This document shows, in pieces, positions 37,523-46,792 of a DNA stretch of 64,000 nt. The stretch's first letter is position 1; each line of letters starts with the position of its first letter. The stretch lies in the sequence record OR493421.1; one strand, given 5' to 3'. The notes below the pieces were generated by a model. That model was not told the origin of the DNA. It was given only the letters and a program-made list of their open reading frames with translations, and made no database searches. Both the position numbers and the translations under genes were made by a program.

Positions 37523-37777
37523 CTATTTGTTGGGCCAAGTAAACCATTCTCCATGGGCGTACTTAGCGTTGAGTATTTCGATCTTTCCAGACCGCCCATC
37601 TAAATTACCGAAGGTATCTATCCCCGTTCCGTCGGTACTGCGCAGGCTAGAATTAAGCCCTTTGGGAACCTCAGGTTTCGGTAGCAATACCGCCGTAGTA
37701 GGAATAAGAGGTTCTTTCTTATCCTTGGGAATGTCGTTATTCTTTAGGAACTGACGATACGTCACTGGCTTGGCCAC
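37523..37777 (-). CDS. hypothetical protein
   Basis: 84 aa; GTG start after AAGGAG. Confidence 0.65.
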   Translation of the reverse strand: MAKPVTYRQFLKNNDIPKDKKEPLIPTTAVLLPKPEVPKGLNSSLRSTDGTGIDTFGNLDGRSGKIEILNAKYAHGEWFTWPNK

Positions 37778-38201
37778 GAAGATGTTCTCCTTCTATCTCT
37801 CGAGCAGTTAATCTGCAACTTATCGATGGGTTAAAGAGTTGTCCGAATGCCTCACGGCAGATTTCATTGAATCGTTCTTTATCTGACTCGGAAAATCCTT
37901 CCGTGAGGCGAGGACGAAAAGCCTGAATGTTTCTCTCGGCCGAAGAGTTCGGTAAGGTATAAATAAATTCCCGCTTCATTGTCGGTTTGGCCGAAGTGGG
38001 TGTCAGACGTTTGCTGACCTCAGCTATATTCAGAGTTCCGTCGTCGTTTATTACGTCTTTCATAATACGACTAATACGAGTATTCTCTACTCGCCACTGG
38101 TAGTGTCTGCGACCCTTATTAGGATGCGGTATTAAACGACGAAGTGCTTTCTTTTCTTTACGAGTGATTTTAACACCCGGTTTCCAAATAGATTTAGCCA
38201 T
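37737..38201 (-). CDS. hypothetical basic protein
   Basis: 154 aa, Arg/Lys-rich N-terminus. Confidence 0.7.
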   Translation of the reverse strand: MAKSIWKPGVKITRKEKKALRRLIPHPNKGRRHYQWRVENTRISRIMKDVINDDGTLNIAEVSKRLTPTSAKPTMKREFIYTLPNSSAERNIQAFRPRLTEGFSESDKERFNEICREAFGQLFNPSISCRLTAREIEGEHLRGQASDVSSVPKE

Positions 38202-38219
38202 GTTAGAATCCGTTAGTGG

Positions 38220-38453
38220 TTAAAGAGTGGTAGAAAGGAATTTCCTAAAATTACGAGTGTAGAATTCACCTACTGGGAATCCTAGGGGGTTACCGAAAAC
38301 ATCTTCAAAAATTGCTTCAATTTCTATCAATTGCTGAATGCCTTTACGACCTCTCAGTTTAGGCCCTGTGAAAAGATCAGCTCTCCTCTTATCCAGCTTT
38401 TTCTTCTCGAGTCTGCTCTTATAAGGACTCGACGATAACCCTCGTTTAGTCAC
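38220..38453 (-). CDS. small basic protein (paralog of 38446-38847)
   Basis: F.G..LRGRK..Q...G.P.GF. Confidence 0.65.
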   Translation of the reverse strand: MTKRGLSSSPYKSRLEKKKLDKRRADLFTGPKLRGRKGIQQLIEIEAIFEDVFGNPLGFPVGEFYTRNFRKFLSTTL

Positions 38454-38847
38454 GATGTACCTCTACTGTCACGTCCACTACGTGTTTCAGTTTATAAGAA
38501 CGATAAACCAAACCGTTATTGTTTTCATTCCAACACTGTTTCCAGGCTTCTTCCATCTTAGCTTCTACTTCCTCTAAAGCAAGACGTACGCTAGTGGCTC
38601 TCAGTTTATCTTCCCATACACCAGGATCAACACTAAAGTATTTACTAAACGCGGCATCCCAGGTCTCTTTAGAGAAACCAGGCGGGATTCCTACTTCTCT
38701 AGTGAAAACGCTTTGTCTGGCGATATTCTGATATTTCTTTCTACCTCGTAACGGACTTCCTTCGAAGAACTTGAAGACTTTCTTCTCTAACCGAGTCATG
38801 TGTTGTCCGGAGAGTAATTTACGCTTTTTCATTATTATACTCCTCAA
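38446..38847 (-). CDS. basic protein (paralog of 38220-38453)
   Basis: FFEGSPLRGRKKYQ..GIPPGF; start may be the internal MKKRK. Confidence 0.7.
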   Translation of the reverse strand: MRSIIMKKRKLLSGQHMTRLEKKVFKFFEGSPLRGRKKYQNIARQSVFTREVGIPPGFSKETWDAAFSKYFSVDPGVWEDKLRATSVRLALEEVEAKMEEAWKQCWNENNNGLVYRSYKLKHVVDVTVEVHRD

Positions 38848-39031
38848 CTATTACATCTTCTTCCAGAATCTCGACTTCCGGTCTTTCTCCAAAAGAGGGT
38901 TGTGCGTTGGCGACTCTCATCGCTTCGATTGTAGCCGAAAACGATTCGTCTAACACACGCGCCATCTCGTCTTTCATCAAAACCAAGGACGTTACAGCCC
39001 GCTTAACTTTAATACGGTCGCCCTTACTCAT
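38819..39031 (-). CDS. hypothetical protein
   Basis: 70 aa ORF. Confidence 0.65.
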   Translation of the reverse strand: MSKGDRIKVKRAVTSLVLMKDEMARVLDESFSATIEAMRVANAQPSFGERPEVEILEEDVIVEEYNNEKA

Positions 39032-39575
39032 AGACCCGCTCCCATTCGTCTCCGGTCATTTGATCCTTTAAGGCGTAGTTAACGTACCCAGGCTTATCGC
39101 TTTTACTAAAGCGGAGTTTCACTTTAGGTTTCAGTTGGTCCGGTCCAACGATCCTTAACCCGTTATGGAGTAATCCCTCCACCCGCATACTCGAGGACAA
39201 CCCCACCGTACAGCTGTTATACTTGAGCAGTCCTTTATAGGTATGCGGTCTTTGTGTAAAACGTTTTACGTAATCGTTGTCATTAAACAAAGAAGGGATC
39301 TCTTTATTATCCACTTTCTTGAATAACTTCGCCAATCGGATATCGGTATTGAATCTCACAACTAAGCTGATCAGAATATCGTTAATACCAAAACCAGGTG
39401 AGCTAAGATTAATGCGTTTTACTGCATCGATAATTTCATCAGTAGAGGAGTTCATATATCGCCCCCACCCTGTATCAATTGAATAGAATCGGTCATTTGC
39501 ATTTTTAATCCAAGAGCAATTAGGTGTCCTTAAATCCTTTGTCTTTAGACCATTTTCAGAAACAAAGAATCCCAT
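39024..39575 (-). CDS. hypothetical protein
   Basis: 183 aa ORF. Confidence 0.75.
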   Translation of the reverse strand: MGFFVSENGLKTKDLRTPNCSWIKNANDRFYSIDTGWGRYMNSSTDEIIDAVKRINLSSPGFGINDILISLVVRFNTDIRLAKLFKKVDNKEIPSLFNDNDYVKRFTQRPHTYKGLLKYNSCTVGLSSSMRVEGLLHNGLRIVGPDQLKPKVKLRFSKSDKPGYVNYALKDQMTGDEWERVYE

Positions 39576-39979
39576 TACATCCCCTCCTCTAATAAGAATT
39601 CAAATTCCCCTAAGAATTCATCGGTAAATTTCCGATGCATATCGCTGAGACTAACATCTTCGGTCATATAGAGAATCTTACCGTACTCGAAAACAAATTT
39701 GACGGCATTATTTTCGATATAAAGAAACAGTTCTTTTTTACCCTCTTCCGTCTCACCTTCTAACGTGATCGTTTCGGTTAAACATCCGCCTAAAACATCT
39801 TGTTCGTAATCGGCTTCCCAATTACCCCTACCTATAACAGAAAAGATGCCATTTTCGTTAATTTGGTATTTGACGTTAAGGCAATCCATTTCCGTGGTTT
39901 GGTAGTGTTCGTCAGGGAGGAGGTTGGGGATCCCGACTTTATTATCCCTGGCAACGTAAACATAATCGATCATACCCAT
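39575..39979 (-). CDS. conserved phage hypothetical protein
   Basis: MGMIDYV..YQT.EMDC..Y.I..G motif. Confidence 0.75.
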   Translation of the reverse strand: MGMIDYVYVARDNKVGIPNLLPDEHYQTTEMDCLNVKYQINENGIFSVIGRGNWEADYEQDVLGGCLTETITLEGETEEGKKELFLYIENNAVKFVFEYGKILYMTEDVSLSDMHRKFTDEFLGEFEFLLEEGM

Positions 39980-39991
39980 TGATATTGACTC

Positions 39992-40180
39992 CTAAAATTT
40001 GTGATAGTGAAATACCTCTTCCGCTTCTTTAGCCCAGAGAGGCGCATCTGATTTACGTTTCACTTCTTGTTGGTGAACATGACCGCATAGTTTACACGTT
40101 CGTTTAAAACAATGAAAGAAACCCAACTCCTTCTTTAAGAATTCGTAAGTTGGTTTTTCAAAATCGTGATTACATTTCAT
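39992..40180 (-). CDS. small Cys/His protein (possible zinc ribbon)
   Basis: C.H ... CKLCG. Confidence 0.7.
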   Translation of the reverse strand: MKCNHDFEKPTYEFLKKELGFFHCFKRTCKLCGHVHQQEVKRKSDAPLWAKEAEEVFHYHKF

Positions 40181-40231
40181 TGATTACTCCGAAAAGATAA
40201 TGTAGAACTGAAAATAGATAAAGCCATCCAA

Positions 40232-41155
40232 CTAACCGATTGGTCTGATAGCAGGGATGTTGTGTTGGGCTTCCCTGACGATGGCTTTTAAGTTATTCGC
40301 ACTACAAATGGTGTAGAAGTCTTTATTGGTAAAGGGGAGAGGGTGCCATCGAGAGTCTCGATAAACTAATTCGATTAAAGCGTCGTAATTAGGAGAGAGA
40401 TTGAAATCTTTCCCTAAGAGTTTCTTTCCGGCGTATCGCCCTATGCGGGAGATCTGAGCTGCTGAAAACACATAACTGTCTTTAATAGGTATATTCGCAT
40501 TGATCCATTCTTTCCTTTTAGCTTTCCAAGGCGTTCTGACCAAGTCACCGTCTCCGTTATAATACTCGGAACCGTTAGGAACGACTAAAGTTTTAAGTTC
40601 TTCAGGTAAGCTCAGATAAACATCCGATTTAGTCATTTCCCAGAAGGGGGCTCTAAAAGGCTTACACGTTCTATCTATATTAGATAACGTCCCTAGTGTC
40701 ACGGGTAATTTTAATAGTTCCTTATACTCCTCTGCCGAGAAATCGTATTCGTTAAAAGAAAATTCATTGCCATCCTCCTTTAACCAACCAATCCAGACAC
40801 CTGGATTACAATCCCAAAATTTAGATCGAAGAAGACTAATGTTGTAAACCAATTGAAATTGTTGGGTCACTCCATAATTAGCCGGAGTGTTTTCTATTTT
40901 GTTGTTGTTATGGAGATGAAAGAAAACCGGATTGATCATATACGTTAAGGGTCTTAATCTCCCGACGTAACCACCTTTATGTTCTTCAAACCAATTCACT
41001 ATATGTTCGGCTGCGGTTAAATCAAATACTGATGATCTGGGATCGCCGTTGACGGCAACGTATACAGGATGAACTTCGTTGTCACCTTGTAAGGCTTTAT
41101 GGAGTAAAGCAGTGGATTCCACCCCACCGCTAACTGGAACGATAATGATAGGCAT
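40232..41155 (-). CDS. QueC-like PP-loop ATP pyrophosphatase family protein
   Basis: VPVSGGVEST (SGGxDS variant), VHPVYV, APFWEMTKSDV; no C-terminal CxxC zinc cluster seen. Confidence 0.7.
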   Translation of the reverse strand: MPIIIVPVSGGVESTALLHKALQGDNEVHPVYVAVNGDPRSSVFDLTAAEHIVNWFEEHKGGYVGRLRPLTYMINPVFFHLHNNNKIENTPANYGVTQQFQLVYNISLLRSKFWDCNPGVWIGWLKEDGNEFSFNEYDFSAEEYKELLKLPVTLGTLSNIDRTCKPFRAPFWEMTKSDVYLSLPEELKTLVVPNGSEYYNGDGDLVRTPWKAKRKEWINANIPIKDSYVFSAAQISRIGRYAGKKLLGKDFNLSPNYDALIELVYRDSRWHPLPFTNKDFYTICSANNLKAIVREAQHNIPAIRPIG

Positions 41156-41187
41156 AACTGTCCTTAATTATTTTTATAAACTGTGTT

Positions 41188-41532
41188 TTATTCTTTCGGG
41201 GATACATCAAACCAGATGAAACCACCAGGACATTTCCATAAGTACTTCGTGGTTTCTATGGGTGTAATAATGGGGACGTTGTTAACGATCACGGCCGTAT
41301 AAACAGTTGATGTTTTGGTCTGATTTGCATACTCACAATTACGGGAGCTAACGTAGCTTATTTGACTTTTAAGATCCTCTATGAGAAAAGATCCAGAAAT
41401 AGGCGCCACGAGAGTAATGGCCGTTAAGAAGACAAACCAAGCTTTGCTCTCATTCAGTATTTCATACCCCATCTTCCAGAAGAAAAGACCATAAAACAGT
41501 ATGAACGCTAGCCAAAGATAAACGTGGTACAT
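41188..41532 (-). CDS. membrane protein with small Cys-bridged periplasmic domain
   Basis: two TM; NCEY..WKCPGG. Confidence 0.7.
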   Translation of the reverse strand: MYHVYLWLAFILFYGLFFWKMGYEILNESKAWFVFLTAITLVAPISGSFLIEDLKSQISYVSSRNCEYANQTKTSTVYTAVIVNNVPIITPIETTKYLWKCPGGFIWFDVSPKE

Positions 41533-41550
41533 GATTGCAATTCCTTTATT

Positions 41551-41579
41551 AAGTAGGAGAGGTTTCCCCTCTCCTACTT
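41551..41579 (-). terminator. terminator hairpin
   Basis: AAGTAGGAGAGG-TTTCC-CCTCTCCTACTT. Confidence 0.8.
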
Positions 41580-41583
41580 AGAT

Positions 41584-41910
41584 TTATTTTTTAGATTGAG
41601 CGATGTTGTGAAGCAACGATCCTAACATGATACAACTGAGCAATCCCAAGATCGTCATCATCAACGCAACAAGAAAAGGTAACGGAGATGATAGAATGAC
41701 CAGCCACGCAATCCAAACTAAAACATAGCACGTCATCTTAAACTTAATCAGTTTAAGGCTAAGTTTGGATTTTCCTGGAATTACAGCGACGACCCAGAAA
41801 GGAACATAACTTTTAAGTCCAATCGCTCTTTTCGTGTAGTAATCGTCAAAGACACTAAAAACCATCAAACAAACCGTCAATCCTACGACGAAGAAGAGAT
41901 GGTAGTTCAT
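41584..41910 (-). CDS. membrane protein
   Basis: 3-4 hydrophobic segments. Confidence 0.7.
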   Translation of the reverse strand: MNYHLFFVVGLTVCLMVFSVFDDYYTKRAIGLKSYVPFWVVAVIPGKSKLSLKLIKFKMTCYVLVWIAWLVILSSPLPFLVALMMTILGLLSCIMLGSLLHNIAQSKK

Positions 41911-42182
41911 TTCGCCAACGCGTCTTTGATTTTGACAACGATCCAGTTCTCGTTGCGCAGATCACCCTGAGACGGTACCCAACCAGGTTGCAGCTCACCC
42001 TTGGCGTTATGCAACACGTAAACCGGTTTTAGTTTAACCGGGCCGGGAAAGCCCTGCTTGCGTGCTTCAACGAGAGACATGGTCAAAGAGGCATCAAAAA
42101 CAAATTGATTAGCGCCATTCCAATCGGTGCACTGAATCCCGTAACCGGGTTTGAGTTTTGCAACAGCAGAAGTAAATTTCAT
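41907..42182 (-). CDS. tad2: Tad2-like (DUF2829) nucleotide-signal sponge, anti-defence
   Basis: M.F..A..LK.G....WNG..QFVF ... NAKGELQPGWVPSQGDL..ENW.VV matches the DUF2829/Tad2 consensus. Confidence 0.82.
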   Translation of the reverse strand: MKFTSAVAKLKPGYGIQCTDWNGANQFVFDASLTMSLVEARKQGFPGPVKLKPVYVLHNAKGELQPGWVPSQGDLRNENWIVVKIKDALAK

Positions 42183-42219
42183 AATAAAACCTCAATAATG
42201 TGGATTAATATCATGTTGA

Positions 42220-42227
42220 ATTTTATG
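42220..42227 (+). promoter_or_regulatory. ATTTTATG element upstream of tailspike gene (candidate late promoter)
   Basis: same 8-mer upstream of three other tailspike genes on the opposite strand. Confidence 0.45.
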
Positions 42228-42295
42228 ACCCAAGTTCATTAGGAGTCATACATAGTAATATGCGTGACCGTTAATTTTTATAGTCGGAGGGAGAG

Positions 42296-44305
42296 ATGAC
42301 GACTCCAACACAAAATGGTATACCCAGTAGCACCGCTATAGATGCTAGGTTTAACGCCGAGAAGTTAGATGAGATCGTTAATTCTGATAATGAAACCTAT
42401 AGTGACCGATTTGGAAATAGTAGGTTTACATTAAAGGGGTTAGCAACCCAGGTACAAGGATTTTTTGATAAAGTGCTTGGATCTGACGGAGCCGACTATA
42501 TCCCGTTAAAACAGGGAGGGAAAGTTGGCGACGCGATTGTTTCGGTTCACGTCGATTCATTTGGGGCGGATCCGTCAGGGCTAACTGACTCCACCCAAGC
42601 GGTAAAGTCCGCCCTGGCTGCAATTTCTACCGTCACCGGTAGCCCGATGAATGGTTCGGTTGATACTACTTACGCCTCTCTAGTTTTCGGAAACGGGAAA
42701 TATGTAGTTGGCGATATCCCGCTATATTCCGGAATTTGGTATAAGGGGCAGGGCGCGTTTGAGACAATACTCATACCTAAAGCTGGATCAGAATTTGTCT
42801 TCACAACCGTGGGTACCAAGCCTTATGAAACCTACAGTATTTCATACAGGTTGTTCAGAACTATTATATCGGATCTTCATATAGGCTGCGGTTATCAGAA
42901 TGTGCTAAGTGGCGTCACTATCCCTACCGGTGTAGGAGGGATAAGGATTTATCATGCGTCTTACGTCACCATTGAAAACGTATATCTGCGTCATTTAGAC
43001 GGGATGGGTTTTGATTTTGGATCTCTGTGGGACTCCGAAACATTTGGGTTAAGGGCGATGTACGTGGGGAACTGCCGTGATTCGTCTAACCCGGCCTGGG
43101 CTTTCAGACTGTGGGCGGCTGACGCGGCAACGGACGGTTCTAACGCGAATAGATTTTGGTCAACTCACATTGAGGGATGTCCCGCGGACATATGCGTCGA
43201 CTTAAGATCCAGACACAATTTCTTTTTCGGCGGGAAAATAGAAAAAATCCGTTACAACGATGCAAATGCTTTCTGTTCTAGTGTTATAAGGGGTGCCGAC
43301 AGCCTTGTTTTTTGCGATTTTGAACTTACTTCAGTAAACGTCATTCACTTTATGTTTGAAATTGTGGGTACGACAACGGTAATCGATACGAGCGCGGACG
43401 ATGTTTCTGATCCAAACTGCGATCATTCTAGAGGCGTCGTGTTCATGAACCCACACATAATAGACAGTAATGCGTTGTCGGGGGACTATTTTAAAACCAA
43501 ATCTGATAGAGGTAGGATTAAGATTATCGGGGGGTACGCCAGGCACGCCAGGTATTTAATAAGTGGATCTGACGTAAAAATTTCTGATATGGATTTGACC
43601 CAATGCGGACCCACCATTGGCCTATTACAGGGGAATACGGTGTTGCAGGGCGTCACCATAGGTAGAAGCCGTGTCCCTACATCCGGGAGCTTCTCGGTAT
43701 TTACAGTTACTGGTAACTCCAACAAAATACGTTTTTGTGAGTTCGGAACCGTTTACGGATCAGCCACTAATAATGGGTCGTGGATAACTGTGAACTCTTC
43801 AACCGAATTGCAAATAAACGATCTTGAGTTTAGCGGTAGTATGCAAAACGGAATCAGCGGTTCTAACGCAACTCAGCAAAGAAAATTCAGAAATGTGAGA
43901 CTTGCTTCCGGCGCTACGTACGGTTCGCTTATTAATGGCGGTTACCCTTACGACGGACTTCCAACCAAAATCATTACTGATACAGGATACGCCGTTTCTA
44001 ACAGAATAACTGTTCCTGTTGACGGGACTGTTGCATCGCCAGCAACAGTCGGAGGAGCTTCGTCTATTCTGGTTAGAGTGGAAAATGCGTCATCTGTGGC
44101 GATCGCCTCAGGTAGAATATTTGGTGATGCGTCATTCGCGACCTTGAAAATAGAATCCGACATCCAGGGTAATTTATCTGTTACTGGAGTGGGGGTTAGT
44201 GGAGATGGTAAAATTTATTTGTCTCAATCCAATGGCGCGCTTTCCATAACTAATAGGACATCCGGTACCATTACAGTGTACATCCTCACCATAAACGCAA
44301 AATAA
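42296..44305 (+). CDS. tailspike/depolymerase 1 (inverted)
   Basis: shared anchor PT..PS..D..FNAEKLD..VNSD..DRFG; VDSFGADPSG..DST beta-helix entry; only plus-strand gene supported. Confidence 0.88.
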   Translation: MTTPTQNGIPSSTAIDARFNAEKLDEIVNSDNETYSDRFGNSRFTLKGLATQVQGFFDKVLGSDGADYIPLKQGGKVGDAIVSVHVDSFGADPSGLTDSTQAVKSALAAISTVTGSPMNGSVDTTYASLVFGNGKYVVGDIPLYSGIWYKGQGAFETILIPKAGSEFVFTTVGTKPYETYSISYRLFRTIISDLHIGCGYQNVLSGVTIPTGVGGIRIYHASYVTIENVYLRHLDGMGFDFGSLWDSETFGLRAMYVGNCRDSSNPAWAFRLWAADAATDGSNANRFWSTHIEGCPADICVDLRSRHNFFFGGKIEKIRYNDANAFCSSVIRGADSLVFCDFELTSVNVIHFMFEIVGTTTVIDTSADDVSDPNCDHSRGVVFMNPHIIDSNALSGDYFKTKSDRGRIKIIGGYARHARYLISGSDVKISDMDLTQCGPTIGLLQGNTVLQGVTIGRSRVPTSGSFSVFTVTGNSNKIRFCEFGTVYGSATNNGSWITVNSSTELQINDLEFSGSMQNGISGSNATQQRKFRNVRLASGATYGSLINGGYPYDGLPTKIITDTGYAVSNRITVPVDGTVASPATVGGASSILVRVENASSVAIASGRIFGDASFATLKIESDIQGNLSVTGVGVSGDGKIYLSQSNGALSITNRTSGTITVYILTINAK

Positions 44306-44363
44306 TAAACGACGCCTTATCAGTAGGGAAATAGTGGGAGGTGTGTATTTTTAACTACTCCCG

Positions 44364-44415
44364 CCCCACCCCAATTTTAACCTGAAGTGAGGAAAGGCAG
44401 ATGACATCTTTTTAA
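44364..44415 (+). pseudogene. relic leader and first codons (MTSF*) of a lost tailspike gene
   Basis: CCCCACC-CCAATTTTAACCTGA...ATGACATC matches the leader of tailspike 51522-53300 (minus strand CCCCACCGCCAATTTTAACCTGA...ATGACATC); SD GAGGAAAGG. Confidence 0.55.
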
Positions 44416-44446
44416 AATTATCGGGATGTTTTTGAGATAGCGTGAT

Positions 44447-44482
44447 TATACTCTCCCTGACTATATAGTCAGGGAGAGTATA
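44447..44482. terminator. bidirectional terminator between convergent genes
   Basis: TATACTCTCCCTGACT-ATAT-AGTCAGGGAGAGTATA. Confidence 0.8.
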
Positions 44483-44492
44483 GCGGCAGCTT

Positions 44493-45290
44493 CTATTTAA
44501 ATGCCAAACTATCGAAGAACATATTCATCATTTCTAATTTCTTTTGATTCATCATTTTAATGAATAAATTTTGTTCTTTCTTAACGAATTGCTCTTCCCA
44601 ACTCCCCAGATTATATTTCTTCTCACCCACTACAATGACTTTTTCGGTTCCATTGATATAACCTACTGCACTTTCTCCATTTAATCCGATAGAGAAATAA
44701 TCGCCGCTAAATTGAGGGGCGTCGATAATAACGGACGAGAATCTTTTATTCGTTATAGTTTGCACCCCGAAGAAAAGTCTGGAGTGTACAACTCGGCAAT
44801 CCCTCAAAGTCGTTCTTCCGGTCAAATCTCTGTTGACGATATAACTGTGATCAATAAAGTTATTGGCCAAATTACAGCCAATAAGATCACTGCACTTAAT
44901 AGCGATACCTTCCCCAATTTCCCCGTTCGACGTAATCGAAACATCCTGGAGTTTCGAGTCAACAATGGTGCACTGAGCTAAATTTGAAATATTGGTGCGA
45001 TGAACCCGGGAGTTATTTAAATGAAGTTTTTTGGAGTAGCTTGTTAAACCGTTTAAGAAGATTACGCCAGTTAATGATGTTTCGTCACTAATATGTATCA
45101 GGTTGGGTCCAGTGAATAGGATCTCAGTTAACCACCCCACTACATTCTCGAATCTCTGAGAAGTCATCTTAGGGTTGTCTAAGACCAGTTTAAGTGAATC
45201 ATCGCCATCAGTGAAATTAATATCCTCTTTTTTTATTACCAGATTAAAGTGTTCAATCAATTCTTCTTTAGTCACTTTCATTTTATTCAC
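44493..45290 (-). CDS. hypothetical protein with beta-helix-like repeats
   Basis: repeating I/V/L-x-N/D-S/C pattern in the central part. Confidence 0.6.
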   Translation of the reverse strand: MNKMKVTKEELIEHFNLVIKKEDINFTDGDDSLKLVLDNPKMTSQRFENVVGWLTEILFTGPNLIHISDETSLTGVIFLNGLTSYSKKLHLNNSRVHRTNISNLAQCTIVDSKLQDVSITSNGEIGEGIAIKCSDLIGCNLANNFIDHSYIVNRDLTGRTTLRDCRVVHSRLFFGVQTITNKRFSSVIIDAPQFSGDYFSIGLNGESAVGYINGTEKVIVVGEKKYNLGSWEEQFVKKEQNLFIKMMNQKKLEMMNMFFDSLAFK

Positions 45291-45389
45291 CTTTATTTTA
45301 CAGTTTAAAATGAGAACGTGTTATTTCAAACCGGTGTTTAAAACAACGTATTCTCGTTTATTACCAATAAAACATTACGGTCGTTAAAA

Positions 45390-45857
45390 TTAACCGAGCT
45401 GCATGGTGTATTCGACGGGTTTAAATTTAAGACTCTTGTAAAGCTTCTGAGCGGCTTTATTAGACCTGTAAACGTTTAACTGTACGATGTATCCATTTGA
45501 TCTTGCCGACACGATAGCAGCGATTAGGTTGCGTTTAGCAAGCCCTTTATGGCGATACTCAGGTAACGTATAAACGTTAAAGATTTTCGCTATTTTGAGA
45601 TGATGTTCTAAAGCGTAAACAACGGATAGAATCGACACTATTTTCTTCCCATCAAAAACGAGGAAGTAGTGTTCGTTTAAACGGTTGTGTTTAAAATCTT
45701 CCAGATTGAACGAATAGGGGTTGATGTCTTTAGCGATACTTTTCTTAGCGAAGTGATTAATGTCAGTCATCGCCAAATTTAACATTGTGATGACTTCTCC
45801 CTCTAAACCCAATCCAATTATTTCTTTTCCGTAGTAATTATCGTACATGAGGTTCAT
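45390..45857 (-). CDS. GNAT N-acetyltransferase
   Basis: NVYTLPEYRHKGLA, LNVYRSNKAAQKLYKSLKF. Confidence 0.9.
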   Translation of the reverse strand: MNLMYDNYYGKEIIGLGLEGEVITMLNLAMTDINHFAKKSIAKDINPYSFNLEDFKHNRLNEHYFLVFDGKKIVSILSVVYALEHHLKIAKIFNVYTLPEYRHKGLAKRNLIAAIVSARSNGYIVQLNVYRSNKAAQKLYKSLKFKPVEYTMQLG

Positions 45858-45905
45858 GATTACAGTCTCTTATGAAAAGTTCATAAATGGCCGTGGCGCG
45901 TTTAA

Positions 45906-45942
45906 AATAACTCCTATTCCCGATAAGGGAATAGGAGTTATT
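45906..45942 (-). terminator. repeated terminator hairpin (variant copy 3, loop reversed)
   Basis: CTCCTATTCCC-GATAA-GGGAATAGGAG, reverse complement of copies 1 and 2 with one compensatory pair change. Confidence 0.8.
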
Positions 45943-45947
45943 AGAAC

Positions 45948-46721
45948 TTACTTATAAAGTTTCAGGGCTTTGGAGCAAATGTCTGACCGCACACTATCAG
46001 CCGCATTGAAACGATAAACCGGGAATCCATTTTCAGGATCTCGTTCGATACGCTCCAGCAGATCTTCCAGACCGGATTTAACTCCTTTAGGAAGATCGCA
46101 CTGGGTAAGGTCGCCGTTGATGATTACCGTAGTGTTCTCACCCATACGAGTGATGAACATTTTCATCTGCATAACTGTAACGTTTTGCGCTTCGTCAAGA
46201 ATCACTACTGAGTCAGAAAAAGTACGACCCCTCATAAAAGCAAAAGGAGCGACTTCGACTTTCTCCACGCCAGGCTTCATGCAATAGTTAAGCATTCCAC
46301 CGCCCAGGCGTTTCAGTAAGATGTCGTAGACCGGCCGGAAGTAAGGCGCGAATTTTTCATTAACATCTCCGGGGAGAAAACCCAGATCTTCATCGGCCTG
46401 TAAGACCGGCCGTGTAACGATGATCTTTTCCACGTCTTTAGCCAGCAGACGTTCTGCGGCGTAACAAGTCGGGAGGAACGTTTTACCGCTACCCGCTTCA
46501 CCAATACCGATGACGACATCGTGGGCGTGTAACCCATCCCAATATTTTTGCTGCATTGGGGTTTTCGGCTCAATCTTACTCCGATCAGCTTTTGCAAGAG
46601 GTAGATTTACTTCACTGAAATTGTTGTCCACCAGTTTCAGTTGGCTACTTTGGGACTTATCTTGACGTCTTGCTTCGCGACGAGCGTCGCGGTTAGCACG
46701 CTTAACACTACGATTATGCAT
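45948..46721 (-). CDS. phoH: PhoH-family ATPase
   Basis: PKT..Q, GEAGSGKT, IVTRP, LGFLPGD, PFAFMRGRTF, ILDEAQN, GDLTQCD. Confidence 0.95.
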   Translation of the reverse strand: MHNRSVKRANRDARREARRQDKSQSSQLKLVDNNFSEVNLPLAKADRSKIEPKTPMQQKYWDGLHAHDVVIGIGEAGSGKTFLPTCYAAERLLAKDVEKIIVTRPVLQADEDLGFLPGDVNEKFAPYFRPVYDILLKRLGGGMLNYCMKPGVEKVEVAPFAFMRGRTFSDSVVILDEAQNVTVMQMKMFITRMGENTTVIINGDLTQCDLPKGVKSGLEDLLERIERDPENGFPVYRFNAADSVRSDICSKALKLYK

Positions 46722-46792
46722 ATAAGTACCTGCTGTGTGTGGGTTAACTCCTTACCTTCATAGCATTAGGGCTGGGTAGAAAATAACTAGAA

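Noticed and set aside
40232-41155. 7-deazaguanine DNA-modification cluster
   Set aside because: No queD, queE, folE or dpdA neighbours and no zinc motif; kept only as a solo PP-loop finding
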